A stretch of DNA of 64,000 bases from Octopus vulgaris (taxonomy: Eukaryota): the NCBI GenBank assembly GCA_951406725.2, contig OX597815.1:19096001-19160000 (forward strand). The letters are read 5' to 3'. The notes below the pieces were generated by a model, which was given only the letters and a program-made list of their open reading frames with translations, had not been told where the DNA came from and did not search any database. Of the stretch, positions 1 to 14,371 are shown in pieces. The position numbers were made by a program, and so were the translations under genes. Each line of letters opens with the position of its first letter. The stretch's first letter is position 1.

Positions 1-291
1 ATATCTTTTCCACACTCTGTGATCGTATAGCATTTGCAAGGGAGGGCATTGCACCCATTTCTAGAGCAATGACCTTCTTTGCAAATGCTATACGGACACA
101 AACTGTGTGTGTCGATGGCTAACTGGTAAAGATGTTTTCCAGGTGCTAAAACATCAGTAACATCGTCCTTTATAGGACTGCCACATTCTGTTGGCATATA
201 AACTTTACTATTCGATACTGTTACTGTATATCTCACACTCAGAGATTTAAAGCAAGTTGTTTTCTCTATTATATATATATATATATATATG

Positions 292-1545
292 TCACAAAGC
301 TTACATACCCAGCCTTTGCTTTCGTCAGAATCAGTGTTGTTAGTGGTATCATACACTGTACAAAGTCTCTTTGGAAGATGCCTCTCCTGATTTCTATTGT
401 CCCTAAACTTCCATACGCTGTCAGTGCAGTCCTCCAATTCACCATACTTTTTCCAAGCAATCGCTCAACATTCGATGCAATACCAAAGAGGTTCATACAT
501 TTCACAATCCAAGAATATAGGATCATATCGTATGCCTTACGATAATCGACCAATGCCATGGCTAACATAGTTTTCCTCCTCTTGCAATCTCTAAGTGCAG
601 ATTTGTCTACCAGGAATTTATCCTTGGCATCTTTACACCTACGCTTGCAACCCTTCTGCTCATGTGGCAGGACTCCATTTTTTCCAGATGTTCGTACATT
701 GGACTCTGCAACTAGCCCAGTCAATAATTTCCACATAAATGGCAAGCAGGATATCGGCCTCTAATTGTCTACCGTATTGCCTTTTCTCTGTTTTGCAAAC
801 ACAGCACTCTCCTACACATTGTCAGCTAATCTGGCGCTAACTGGTCAGCATTTAATATGGTGTTGACATTCACCAAATCTTTTGATCCAGTAGCCTTGAA
901 CTCCATCTGGTCCCAGGGCCTTCTGTTGCCCATTTTTGTTTTTTTGGGGTTTTTTTTTTGCTGATTTCCTTCACTTGCCTAACTGAAATGATTGCTTCTG
1001 CCTGTTGTGGACATACTACAGTTTATTTCATTTCTTGCAACCATTCAACATCCTTCTTGTGCTCTTTATCTTTGCTCCAGATGTCACTCGAAAACCTTTG
1101 GCTTTCAATTATCTGTTATCAGCTTTTCATCTGTACATTCTCCATTTATTTCTTTGTAGAATCTCTTCTGATCAACTCTGAATAACCTATTCTGATGGTA
1201 TCCCTTCATTCTTTGGTCGTATCTTACCATCTTTGCTTTCTTTGCAACGGTGCGCTGTTTCTGTTCCTCTACTACTACTTTCAGGCCCTTTCTTTCAATA
1301 TTATACTTCCCTTTCAGCGCCAGGTATTTTTGTTTGCTTTTAAGCCCCCCTTTCTCTTTTCGGTCTAACACAGAGATTTCCTTCGAGAGCATGACTAACC
1401 CTGCCTGTATTCTTCTTTTCCACCATGGATCTTTTCTTTTGTCCCGTTCAGTGCCCTGTATTATTGTATTTTTGTCCAGAGTTGTCCAGATGCTGATTTT
1501 GTTGCTTTGTTAGACCTTTTCTGAGGTTGTTCCTTCGCCGACCAT
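292..1545 (-). mobile_element. Degenerate non-LTR retrotransposon RT fragment, R4/Dong-like
   Basis: ORF 269..745 has LPHEQKGC...[27 protein letters not shown]...IRRGIFQ.D (RT motifs). Upstream frameshifted ORF 1105..1392 (RYDQR...QNRLFRVDQKRFY) is typical of the pre-RT region of R4-type elements. The 3' side is truncated at a (TA)n tract. Confidence 0.85.
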
Positions 1546-2748
1546 ATTTCTTGATAGTAGGAACTTGAACCATCTACTACGTATCTTGAACTATCTACTA
1601 CGTATCTCCAATCGAATTTAACTTCTGCTCAATGTTTACGATAAATCAAATATTAACAGGTATCTTAGGTTTATTCTCTGACGTCTTAGCTCAAATATAA
1701 ACTATTTTGTCAAAAAGAAATTTATCATTATTTCTTACTTCCAAAATTTCTGTTATAAAAATAGCAATATTTATTTTAGATTTAAAATTTTTTTTAAATA
1801 TGGCAGCAAGCCCTAACAACTGACAACTATTGCATAGTGGTAGAGCTTTGGTGTTAAGTGTAATTCGCATCTGTACTTTAACTAATATAGTAGCAACAGT
1901 TGCAAACATAGCTAATAATCAACTAGCAATTCTCGAATTCCAATAAACGTCTTTATCTGTATCAAATTCATCATTTGTTTCTTTTTCATTTATTACATAT
2001 ATAAATACATACGAAATCACTATAAAAAATTACAGAACAGTATACGTTTATGTATAATGCGTGCCTGTGTGTATATGCGTGTATGGGGATATTCTTTTTC
2101 AAAATATGCAGTGCAGCTCTTTATTGTAGCCTTACAATTGAATGTGTATTACATCTAACAATATGAATTTCCCAAACACTCTTAGTACACAAGGAAATGG
2201 AATATATAATACGACGTTGGGAAGAATGCTTCCATTGTTATGACAAGATATAGTTTATTTAATTAATACTGAAGCAGACGAAATAGTAAAGCACATTCAT
2301 TGACGAGAATTTGCTTTTCTACGAATGGCAATCACTATCCATTGCGTTGGTGTCACATTCATTTAATTGTATTTGGATACTAAATATTGTTGTACTACTT
2401 CGAAATATGAGATTTTTTTTTTATTAGAGAAAGGCTTAACTTATTTAATCTATTTTACAAATCTTCTATTATTAATGCATTATTGCTTCTCTAGGGAAAA
2501 TGAATATTCCATTATATTCATGTACGTGTGGAGTTGTAAATATTTGTGTTTGTGCGTATATGTAGTATGTACGTATTTTTGTGTGTACGCATGTATATAT
2601 GTGTCATTTATTTAATATTTTTTCGAGGCCTTCCTTACTTTTTCTTTTTATATATTTTTCCATTTCCATCTTGACTCACCCGTTCAGTATAGAGATCACG
2701 TCTGTTTTGTTTTGTCCCTCAAGTTTGTTCGTTACGCCCCCGCAGCTT

Positions 2749-2771
2749 TATTATAATTATTATTATTATCA

Positions 2772-2836
<65 letters not shown>
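2749..2836. repeat. (TAT)n microsatellite
   Basis: Direct sequence; explains the poly-Tyr ORF 2581..2877. Confidence 0.95.
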
Positions 2837-2941
2837 TTGCTGTTGTCGCCGCTAGACAGAACAATGTTATCGGGTAAGGCGTTGAAATTTTGTTGATTTT
2901 TGGTCGATAACTGATAAGAGGTGATTAGAAAAGAGAGACCA

Positions 2942-2943
<2 letters not shown>

Positions 2944-3000
<57 letters not shown>

Positions 3001-3014
3001 TGTGCGTGTGTGTG
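2944..3014. repeat. (TG)n microsatellite
   Basis: Direct sequence. Confidence 0.95.
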
Positions 3015-3067
3015 TCTTCTAATTACTACCTGACTATTCTCAATGCATAAAAACCTCGGTTAGACAA

Positions 3068-3146
3068 ATTAAGACTTGACCTTGTATATATATATATATT
3101 AAGACTTGATTTGTACATATATAAATATATAAATTAAGACCTGTCT

Positions 3147-3150
<4 letters not shown>
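3068..3150. repeat. ~32-bp minisatellite, 3 degenerate copies
   Basis: attaagac(t/c)tg...ttgta(ta)n occurs three times. Confidence 0.7.
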
Positions 3151-3206
<56 letters not shown>

Positions 3207-3207
<1 letters not shown>

Positions 3208-3432
3208 TCAATTAATCAATTTAGGGTAGTAAAAAATTCGATAGAAATTTATCACTACCAGCGGCCCAGTGGAAAAGAAAAATAGTCATGAGACTAAAAT
3301 GTAAATATATAACAATTTAGGAATGGCCTTAACAAGTCATTCGTCCACTAGACAGAGCAGCCATAACTATAACAATTTAGGAATGGCCTTAACAGGTCAT
3401 TCGTCCACTAGACAGAGCAGCCATAACAATTG

Positions 3433-3434
<2 letters not shown>
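3207..3434. repeat. Short element between two (TA)n tracts with internal 60-bp tandem duplication
   Basis: tataacaatttaggaatggcc...gagcagccataac at 3308-3367 and 3368-3427 (1 mismatch); hairpin ggtagt...actacc near 3225-3259. Confidence 0.7.
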
Positions 3435-3501
<67 letters not shown>

Positions 3502-4221
3502 TCACTTTGTGCTACTAAATAAAACGTTAAAAATATCATGGCCTCATTAACAAAACTGTTCGTGACATTTGTGATGTTTTCACATATTTATTTTCATTGA
3601 AATAATTCTACTTTAGAAAATTTACCCCAAACGTCTACGTTTTCTTTATGCTTTTATTCATGTTGAAGGTACGTTCTTAAAATTTCTGTCTAAATCTTAA
3701 TGGCTTGAACTGTTTCAGATCTATGCCAGACGTCAATTTATTTTTTGGTAGTATATTATATATTGAGAACGAAAATGACTTTGCTATAGCGTCATAGTTT
3801 TTTTCTTTTAATTAATTAAAATCTTTTCTTCTAATTTTCTTCATAGTCTTTTATATGACTTTATGTTGGCTTTTCTGTAAGCGACTGATGTTACATATGT
3901 ATAATGGTTTTGTCTATAACTCATCTAAATAATCGTGCACACTACAATGGAGACATAGTCTGTACAATCTGTTAAGTCTTCTCAAAGTATCCCCAATGTC
4001 TTATGGCTTGCGAGCGTGTAAGCGGTCGCCAATCTAAGATGCTCCCTCGAAGAAAGCAAGACGGGTGTCTTTAAGTACGATGTGTGATTCGATTTTAGTG
4101 TTTCATGCTTTATGGATTCTATCCTTTCTTTTCATATATTTTGTCATATTATTTGTGAAGTCTCGCATCGTTAGTCGCAGGTTTTCCTCCACAAGACCAT
4201 TTACAAACGTTTATCTAATTG

Positions 4222-4265
<44 letters not shown>

Positions 4266-4315
4266 TGTGTGTGTGTATGTGTGTGTGTGTGTGTGTCTAT
4301 GTGTGTGTATGTATG

Positions 4316-4347
<32 letters not shown>

Positions 4348-4350
<3 letters not shown>

Positions 4351-4432
4351 GAAATTTACAGAAAAGCAAAAGGCAAAGACAGGTGTATAAACAACAAACA
4401 GGTGTATTAGTTTAACGCTCGGGAAGGTAAGA
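4348..4432 (-). mobile_element. Truncated 3' end of a (TA)n-abutting short element, probably related to the HHR element at 43467
   Basis: Minus strand ttcccgagcgtt...aatacacctg...ttcaac(ta)n resembles ttcctgagcgtc...ggattaac(ta)n. Confidence 0.45.
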
Positions 4433-4549
4433 GATAGATAGGCAGATATATTTGAAACTACCAATTATGTATTGAGATTTTTTTTGTCTTCATACTGGTT
4501 AATGTAACCTGTCCTCCTAATGTATAAAATTTGATTAAATCTGCATCCT

Positions 4550-5950
4550 CATGCATGCATTCCTAAAGTATTATAGCTATAGATCGATAAATATCCTCAC
4601 AAAATTGATGCTTGCTTGTTTCAAAATACTTGTTCCAATCATTTTTTTAAAAACTAATTCGGTATTTATAGAAATTTCGTGTCCAACGCTTGGTAACGAA
4701 ATCGATGACAGAAGAGTGATTGTCACAGATTACAAGTTGACTATCTCCAAAGCAACCATGTTTGGTTTGTTATTTACATGTAGCTCCCTTTCCACACACT
4801 TCTTCCTTGTCAATATATTCTCTATTATCTGAAATTTTATACGTTGCATACTCACAAAAACTTCCCTTTGTTAAAGGTACACACGTATAAAATCGGCGTA
4901 ACTGGGAAACAAAATTCTTCATATCTGTGTTAATACTCGGCTTGTTCGATAAAACGCTTTTTTGCTATCACTAATCCAATATAATTTTATCGCTGCTAAA
5001 ACTTTGTGAACGCATATAAAATAAACTACTGTATTTCTTGATGGAACGATACATATACAATATAAAGTGTATGATATAAATATATAAAATGCAGATATCC
5101 TACAAGCGTGGACATGATAACACCATCAGAGTTATACAAGAATTCGTATATATTTTTAAGGATAGCTTATTTCACATAGTAAGCTATAAATCGATGTCGA
5201 TGGGATGAAATTTAATGAAAATATAACACCGATCGTAATCCAGTAGAGGAACCACTATTATAAGAATGTGCTTAAATTATAATTAAGCATAGTTGACAGA
5301 ATCTAAATATATTATCGACGTATATCGGTCAGTCTTGCTTCAATATAAATCATGTATTAGTTATAGTTGTGATACATGATTGAGATTACTGTGGCAGGTA
5401 CAATAAGATGAATGGTACATTGTGATAAAATATGTTCTAGCATATGCACTTTAGAATTTTCCTGCAAATATACTGAATACTGATTTATTCCATAACATAT
5501 CGGAAAAAGTTAATATCGTTGCCTACAGCTATAATGTATCGTGATGGTTGCTTTTACCTTTGATTTTTCTAAAGAGTATAACAATACATAGGAGTAATAT
5601 ATTTATCGGTGATAAATATAGTCATCTGCTTGAAATTTCGTGATCAGAGCTATCCAACAATGTGTCATCTACTCTTTTGAACTCAGAGTATCTTGTAATG
5701 GAGAAATTGCTTTTACGATTCCCAGAGTTCATTAATGGAACAATCGAAATAAAACAAAAAGTATTATGAACTGAACCCTAACCGGAACCTGTGTTGTCAA
5801 ACGCTTATAATCTGAGGTACCGTCAACAGAATCTAATGAATACAGATCATTGATATGAAACAGTTCTTGGAAAATCTTATTTTTGGTATGATGGAAAAAT
5901 ATTGGGCGTTAAATGCTGAAATACTTTGTTCCGAGACGGAAACTTTGGCA
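4550..5950 (-). pseudogene. Highly decayed Penelope-like RT relic
   Basis: Minus-strand motifs in the expected order across broken frames: QYFSIIPKI (~5900, cf. FY.LPKIHK), YVDNIF (~5315, cf. YVDDIF), FIKFHP (~5210), GYLHF (~5095). Confidence 0.5.
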
Positions 5951-6091
5951 TATATCACATAAATATGTTATGTTGCTAAAATGAATCACCATTTTAGAAT
6001 ATATATCCTTGCACGAACTTGCCTTATAGACAACGTAAGTAAACTTTGGTACAATTTTCTATGTATTTATTTTTGGTAGACATGATATATA

Positions 6092-6165
<74 letters not shown>

Positions 6166-6197
6166 CAAGGGTTAAGTAATGGAGTAGATAAAATTCG

Positions 6198-6281
6198 GGC
6201 TACATATGTTTCATAGCGAGCGGAACCTCAGAAGTGGTGAATATCCAATCGAAGTGTATACTATAGGGTATTCTTCAGGCC
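6198..6281 (-). ncRNA. Type I hammerhead ribozyme motif (long stem II insertion)
   Basis: Minus strand GGC-CUGAAGA-AUA...UAU-GAAA-CAUAUG-UA-GCC: intact core, palindromic stem III, GUA triplet, 3-bp stem I. Confidence 0.65.
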
Positions 6282-7400
6282 AAGGATATCGTGATTAAAT
6301 GAAAGTTTACATTGTCGCAAGGAGGTACATGTTAATACATGGCAGATTCAATCAGGTGTATAGAGCACAATAGAAGAGAATATAAATGTAGAGATAAATA
6401 AGGATTGAAAGAAGGAAAAAAGAAAAATACAAGGGAGAGAGGCTATTTTGGCCAAATCACAGGAATTAGCAAGTGCAGTGGTATTTGAGAAAAAGATAAT
6501 GTTCAGATATTTTTTTATCAAAGAAGAGAAAAAGGTAATCATGATGAAAGCAAGAGAGAGGAATTTAAGTACGATCATTTGACCGTTAATGTTCAATAGG
6601 GCAGTTTGGCCGAATCACAGGAATTAACAAGAGGAGTGGTATTAGGAAAATATACTGCGGAGGGAACAGGGAGAGGGGATGATTTTGGTCACGGGGGAGA
6701 AAAATATATATACAAGAACAAAGCGAGATAGAACGGGGAAGAATGGTGGCAGCTTACTACTGATTTTCAATTGAGGAATGTATATTGTTTGTGGTGAGTG
6801 CGTTTACATTATGAAGTAGCAGATATATATATTGGCGTATGTACTTTTAAGTTTACGTAGGGAGGGGGTAGGAGGGAGGCAGGTGAAATGAGAGAAAATT
6901 ATTTTTTTTAATGGTATGACAATAAAGAATTAAAGGGAAGATATATTGTTGCTTCAATATATAATGGTAGTGAGGGTAGATAAGAAGGAAAATTTATGAA
7001 GCTTTGATGAAAGGCGAAGTGGTGTTGTTATTTGTATTTCGAGAATAGATTCAGTGATCTATGTTTACAGGTAAAAGTTATAGTACTGCGTTCATTAAAA
7101 CAATCCGTGGATTGCAAAATAGCTAAGACCACGGCTATGCAGATACCGCATTTGCTATTATAGCTGCTGTAAGGCTTGCTGCAGTGTGACTATGGACCAC
7201 AGCCCCATTGAATACTACCGGTCAAATGACCTTGCTTAAATTCTTCATTCCTCCCAATCCCTTATATTTAAAAAATGTTTTCCTTCCTTTATTCCTTTTA
7301 ATCTCTCTACATATATTCTCCTTTCCTACTGTGCTTTCGACATATTCTGATTGAATCTTCCATGCGACAATGTAAACTTTCATTTAATCAAAATATTCTT

Positions 7401-7470
7401 GACCTGAAGAGTAGCATGCTAAGATATTTACCATTTCTGAGGTTCCTCTCGCTATGGAACATATGTAGTC
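7401..7470 (+). ncRNA. Type I hammerhead ribozyme motif, core lesion (GAAA>GGAA)
   Basis: GAC-CUGAAGA-GUAGC...GCUAU-GGAA-CAUAUG-UA-GUC. Confidence 0.6.
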
Positions 7471-7712
7471 CGGATCTTTTCTAATCAAATCCTAAACTCT
7501 TGTATTCTTATACGCACACACAGCAAACCTGGTCGTCTATCATGAAATATATAAAGAAGAGTTTATCGTACTTCAATACGAAAAAATCCACAACATTCCG
7601 TCTCAATAAACCACTATTGTCCATGGAAGTTGTTTTATATATGTACTACGATTAATTGAAGCTCATTGTCTACGTACACCTCGACCACTAGTTCTTATAT
7701 ATATATATATAT

Positions 7713-7917
7713 ATTCTTTTATTCTCTTACTTGCTTCAGTGATTTGACTGCGGGTATGCGGAAGCACCACCTTTAGTCGAACAATTCGCCCACATGACTT
7801 ATTCTTTGTAAGCTTAGTACTTATTCTAAAAAGTCACTTTCGCTGAAACGTTAGGTTATGGGGACGTAAACACACTAACATCGGTTGTCAAGTGATGGTG
7901 GGGGAACAAACACAGAT

Positions 7918-7918
<1 letters not shown>
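7713..7918 (-). mobile_element. SINE family C, 3' half only
   Basis: Matches the 3' half of 59972-60385 and stops at the internal (CA)/(TA) microsatellite. Confidence 0.85.
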
Positions 7919-7999
<81 letters not shown>

Positions 8000-8126
8000 G
8001 TAAATATCAAACATTATATATATATATGTATATATCATTTATATATGTGTGTGTTTGTGTATGTGCGTATGCATAACTTGTTTGTATGGTCTTTTGCAAT
8101 CTAGAACATAGCTCTTTTTCCGACAC

Positions 8127-8167
<41 letters not shown>

Positions 8168-8819
8168 ATGTCTGTCTTTGTGTGCGTGCGCGCGCTTTTA
8201 TCAACAATGACCATGAAAAAGCGAATGGTGTTTCGAAAACAGTCGCGTATCAAATTAAATGTACATCCGTGAGATTGAGATGTGCTTTGAACACAACCTA
8301 CTAGAAATAGCAGCCAAATATCTCTTAAGGACACATTGAGCTTCTGAGCTCTAAAAATGAAATATTTGTAGGAATGCTGTGCTTTTCGCTGCCCTCTTCC
8401 ATCCTCACCTGGTATTAATCAGTCACTCAGTCACAATGGTATTCGATGGACTATTGCTGAATTTGAAAACATTTTGACCGAATTGTTTCCCCCCCCCCCC
8501 GTCTCTTCACAAGTATTATTTCGTGGGGATGGGGATTGCATATATTACACTTAAGGAGGTTCATGAATAAGATGGATCTCATCAATCTCACAAGTCTAGA
8601 GGGAGATCCAACAGGTCACATCGTTCACCCCTTTTCTCTTTGTCAACCGTCAATTTCTCGCCTGTCAACAGAAATGACGGAGAACTGGAAATTATCTCTC
8701 TTTTTTCTACATTCCTTATTGTTCGCTATTTCTTTACCATTAAATTTCTGTCTCACTCAATCATTTTCACTAAATTTTTGTCTCACTCAATCATTTTCAT
8801 AAAAAAATTTTCTGACTAA

Positions 8820-9197
8820 GTCTTTCTTTCTTTCTTTCTTTCCTTTTCTCTTTTTTCTTTCTTTCTTTCTTTCTTTCTTTCGTTCTTTGTTTCTTTCGTT
8901 CTTTCTTTCGTTCTTTCTTTCGTTCGTTCTTTCTTTCGTTCTTTCTTTCGTTCGTTCTTTCGTTCGTTCTTTCTTTCGTTCGTTCTTTCTTTCGTTCTTT
9001 CTTTCGTTCTTTCTTTCGTTCGTTCTTTCGTTCTTTCTTTCTTTCTTCCTTTCTTTCTTTCGTTCTTTCTTTCTTTCGTTCTTTCTTTCGTTCTTTCTTT
9101 CTTTCGTTCTTTCTTTCTTTCGTTCTTTCTCCTTCGTTCTTTCTTTCTTTTTTCCTTTCCTTCTTTATTTCTGTCTTTCTTTCTGTCTTTATTTTCC

Positions 9198-9231
<34 letters not shown>

Positions 9232-9300
9232 CTGTCTGGCTGTCTGTCTGTATGTATGTCTGTCTGTCTCTCTCTCTCTCTTTTTTTCTCTCTCTCTCCA
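8820..9300. repeat. (TCTT/TCGT)n polypyrimidine microsatellite
   Basis: Direct sequence; source of the KERK-rich and FLSF-rich ORFs. Confidence 0.95.
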
Positions 9301-9659
9301 TCACTGTAATCAAACGTCTCTTATTGAGCGTGAGCAGTAATATGAATATGTATATACATACAGGTGTGCATGTTTGCGCGAGAGTAAGAAATGGTCTGTG
9401 TGTGTCTGTGTCTGTGTGTCTGTGTGTCTGTGTCTGTGTGAGTGTGAGTATGTGCCTGTGTGTGTGTATGCTTACGTGGTGTGTAATAGATAATTTGAAA
9501 TATGCGTATATGCGCATTTAAACCAGTGAAATTACTTATCTGAAGATAATGTCATTTCATAAAGGAAATGAAAATAGTGATTCCACTTCCGATACAGGAA
9601 CAATGTTTCACAAACGCAGGCATTCTCAGACTATTTACTCCCATCATACTCTCTCATTC

Positions 9660-10010
<351 letters not shown>

Positions 10011-10715
10011 ACTCGCCCAAGCGCGCACGCATGTGTGTGTATGTCTGTGTAGTATGAATGTGTGCGTTTGCGCGTTTTTGTATGTGTGTGTATGATGCAT
10101 TCTTGTAGTTTATCTGTAAATATAATCCCTTCCTAATTGCTTACAGCCATGTAACTTTGATCATATGTGTGCATTTACTGATTGACTTGCGTGGCGCCAT
10201 TTGCGAAGAATATGTCTCGTCTGAGACTAATGAATGTTTGTGGACAAACAGAATGATCTTTTGGATAATTTATATTGCGTTCTGGGGGCAGTTTGTCTGA
10301 TATTAACACTGCTTAAACTAGAAAAAAAATTGTTAAAGAAAGAATATGTGCTCCCAGGTATCCTACTCGTGGGAATACAGCACCTCATTTTATAATATCA
10401 AGCTACTAGTGTTCAATATTATTGATCCATAAATATCATGTTCAATCATCATTCTCATGCTCATCATCATCATCATCATTCTCGTCATCCTCCGCATCGT
10501 CGTCGTCGTCGTCATCATCATCATGACCATCATCATGGCCATCATTAATGTTATTTGTCTGAATACCATTTACATGTTTCCTTGTATTCATTAAGTAGAC
10601 AATGCAATATATTGTTCTCTAGCGTATCATTTTACAAACTGAATGTTTTCACTATGCGTAAATATCTTTATCGCTCCCCCTCCTCTCTATGTCCGTATAT
10701 ATATATTTATATATA

Positions 10716-11070
10716 TGGCTGTGTGGTAAGTAGCTTGCTTACGTACCACATGGTTCTGGGTTCAGTCCCACTGCGTGGTTTCTTGGGCAAGTGTCTTCTC
10801 ACTACAGCCTCGGGCCAACCAAAGCCTTGTGAGTGGATTTGGTAGACGGAAACTGAAAGAAGCTCGTCGTATATTTGCATATATATATGTATGTGTGTGT
10901 ATATGTTTGTGTGCCTGCGTTTGTGCCCCCCCCTCCAACAACGCTTGACAACCGATGCTGGTGTGTTTCTGTCCACGTAAACTTGCAGTTCGGCAAAAGA
11001 CACCGATATAATAAGTACTAAGCTTACAAAGGATAAACAAAGGACTGAAACAAGTAAAAGAGTAAAAGAG
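10716..11070 (+). mobile_element. SINE family C (tRNA-like head, CORE-like segment, internal microsatellite, GTAAAAGA tail)
   Basis: tggctgtgtggtaag (A-box-like), ggttcagtccc (B-box-like), cttgggcaagt; ends gactgaaacaagtaaaagagtaaaagag. Confidence 0.9.
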
Positions 11071-11082
11071 AGTATAATGTAT

Positions 11083-11145
<63 letters not shown>

Positions 11146-11146
<1 letters not shown>

Positions 11147-11543
11147 GGCTGTGTGGTAAAAAGTTTGCTTTCCAGCCACGTGTTTCTATGTTCTGCCCTA
11201 CTGCGTGGCACCTCTGGCAATTGTTTATATTATACCCTTGGACCGACCAAAGCCTTGTGAGTGGATTTAGTAAATAGAAACTGTAAGAATCCCGCCGTAT
11301 ATATATATATATTTATACTTATGTGTATATCTATGTGTCTTTGTGTCCGTATTTTCCCCCCACCACTGCTTGACAAGAGGTGTTGGCGCGCTTGAGTATC
11401 CGTGACATGGTGGATCGGCAGCAGAGATTGATAGAATAAGCAGCAGGCTTAAAAAATAAGTATTGGGGTTGATACATTCGAGTAAAAATAAAAGGCGGTG
11501 CCCCAACCCGGCCGCAGTCTAATGACTGAAACAAGTAAAGAAT
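11146..11543 (+). mobile_element. SINE family C, diverged copy
   Basis: Same head; tail ggcggtgccccaacccggccgcagtctaatgactgaaacaagtaaag. Confidence 0.85.
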
Positions 11544-11560
11544 AAAAAAAAACACGTGTG

Positions 11561-11607
<47 letters not shown>

Positions 11608-12155
11608 CATACGAGTTATAGATATTTTAATTATTTATTTAATAACTTTATTTTTTAAAACAGATATATTCGGCGCCGCGCCATGCAAAGTTTTAAGAAA
11701 AACCTATCTCGTTCAAGGTGGGAGATTAACTAATGGGGTGATGGAAGAAGCCCAAGGTAGCTGGGCTGGTATTGGTCAGAGTGATGCTAGAACTGAGATC
11801 GGAATTTTAGCGACACCAAATACATTAGAAAAGAGACACTTTTTAACCACGTAGGTGGACAGGAAACTGGTGGCACCTAGGTGTTTGGTGGGTCATTGGA
11901 GAGACTTGGAAGCCGATTGAAGTGAAGTCGGCATGAGTGTGTGTATATGCCAGATTTGTGAGTGCGTGGACGTAGGTGTGTATGAGGTTGTATGAGTGTG
12001 CGTAAGTATACATTATGTGTGTGTGTGTACGCGTGTGCATACGTGTACGTTTGTGCCTGCCGTGCATGCATGAGCAGGTTTAGGATGCATGTGTGTACGT
12101 GTTTACATTCTTCCATTTGTATATAAACATGTGTATGCGTGAATGTTTGTGAGGA

Positions 12156-12212
<57 letters not shown>

Positions 12213-14371
12213 ATATATAAACATAAATACGTAAATATGTATAGATGCTTATATATATGTGTGTGTGTGTCTGTGTGTGTGTATAAAGAAGAAAATGCTG
12301 TGAGAAATTTATCAATGTATGCTACCGGTTTCAATCGTTTCTGAAAGACAATTCACTCATGTTTAAATAAAAGGTAAATAAATTAAATTAGATTAAACCT
12401 TCATGTTATCAGTTCTGAAAGGTTACATGATTTTCTTACAAAATTAACACGGTACTGGATTTTCTCTTCTTTCTAATTATTCCGGGGACACGGTGGTATT
12501 AGGAGCAGCAGCAAGAGTGGTTGTTTGGCAATAACAAGAATGCGAGATACTGTAGCAGTTTCGTTAACCTTACTAATAGTAGTAGCTGCATTAGATGTGC
12601 AACCCTAGGGACAATCTGAAGAATTAGTAAAAGATACATGACCAAGAGCGTGGTTACGAATTGGTTTCCAATTCGGAAACATGCAAACAAAGCAAACTTT
12701 ATTTAATCTCAACATTAACAGTGTCATCATAATTTTATAAGCTGTATATTCATTTATTCGAACTTTGCTGCAAAGTCTTTACAAGCTTAGGAAAATATTT
12801 GAAAATATATTTGCATAATTTATTGAAATATGTTTGAAAATTTATGCAAATATTTATGAATATATCTATTTATTCCCACTGCTTATAATCTATGTTTCTA
12901 TGTTTATTCTCATTACTTATACATGCATTATCTGAATTCATAAATATTTATACAAGCATTACATAAATATCCATTTCTCTCTCTCTCTCTCTCTCTCTCT
13001 CATACTTTCTCTCTCCCTCCTCTCTCTTTCTCTCTCCCTCTCCCATTCCCTATCTATCTTTGAACCCGTGTTCGTGCATGAGTGTGTGTATATATGTATG
13101 TTTTCCGAATTTGCCGAAAAGGTGAAGCTCCCTTCGCAACTACGATGTTGCAATTGCGATCTTATTGTAAGCATTCTTGAAAATGTTTCAAAAACTCAGG
13201 TTGATCCAAGCATTTTGTGTGAAACTGAGGAAACAGAGGCTATGCGGAAGGCTTTTATTTGAATCCATCTGTATATTTATGAGAATGTTTCTAGGGAAAA
13301 CATTGAACAACTTGGAATTTTAGACGGCCAAAACACACGCTTCTTAGAGTTCATTAGACAACCTTGTCTATTGTATGAATGGCTGAAAGTGGAGTCGTTG
13401 TTCTTCTTGTTTATCTCCAAATCAATCGTGATCTAGCAAACTTACAAAAACAGGATTTCCAACCGTAATAGTTTATACTTACATTGTTAGAATCATTGTA
13501 TACGCAAAATGTCGTTATCCAATATGTATCGTTAGTAAAAAAGTAGGATATGATTTCGAGAGTATTTAGCTTCTAATTCAAAGCAAGTGGATTAGCTCTG
13601 CAGAGATCTCCTCAATTTATTCAAGGGAAGATTGTTGTAGCAAGAGTCTTGTGCGGATGTGAAAAAAAAAATTTCTGTACCATCGATGTCTTGCAAACAA
13701 CATACACGTGCAAGTGCTACCAATCAAAAACTCCGCATACCGGAAGCCAGCAAGTGAATGGGGTCATCAGGAGAGAATGCGCGCCGTTTCGGAACCTACC
13801 TCTCCACAGCATCAACGCGCACTGCCCCCCTCCTCACTGATGTGAGGTCACGTTTGCTAGATCAGCTGGTTATCAACTAAAGCTCAATATCCTTCTAGCC
13901 ATCGCTCATCGTCTCTTTTTAACCAAATCCAGTGGCTACCGTTCTCCACTGTAGTTTGGATATCGGTCATGGTGGTATTGACTTTACGATGAGTTAGGCC
14001 TAACTATAACAACAATAACATAATAAAGATTGCATTCAAGGTTTAATGTGTGTTAACAACTGACAATCTCTGAAGCATATCTGGTCACAATTGAAATGTT
14101 GATATGGAAGTATATAGATCAGGTTATCCTAAAAATCATCAAATATATTGATGCTTCACATTTGCATGTCTCTCTGTATGTGAAAGAAACAAAGTCACTA
14201 TCTTTGTATTGTATCATGACGACCATGCTCAGATACAAGTTTGCTAAAGAAAAAAACCTGTCTGGAAGAGTTCAGTTTGTATGCGGGGTATTAGGATGAG
14301 TTGAAAGGACGATTATATACCGAGTCCTGTATGATTTATATGCAAGCTACAAATGTTATTTCATCCAAATA

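Larger units (their letters stand above)
6163..7505. mobile_element. PLE-like element bounded by ~230-260 bp inverted repeats (6163-6420 / 7277-7505), each carrying a hammerhead motif
   Basis: Arms align as reverse complements (e.g. gattaaatgaaagtttacattgtcgca / tgcgacaatgtaaactttcatttaatc). Interior has a ~50-bp direct repeat at ~6444 and ~6603. Confidence 0.75.

Noticed and set aside
11640-11935. GC-richer segment, possible LINE 3' end on the minus strand
   Set aside because: No diagnostic motif that I can support.
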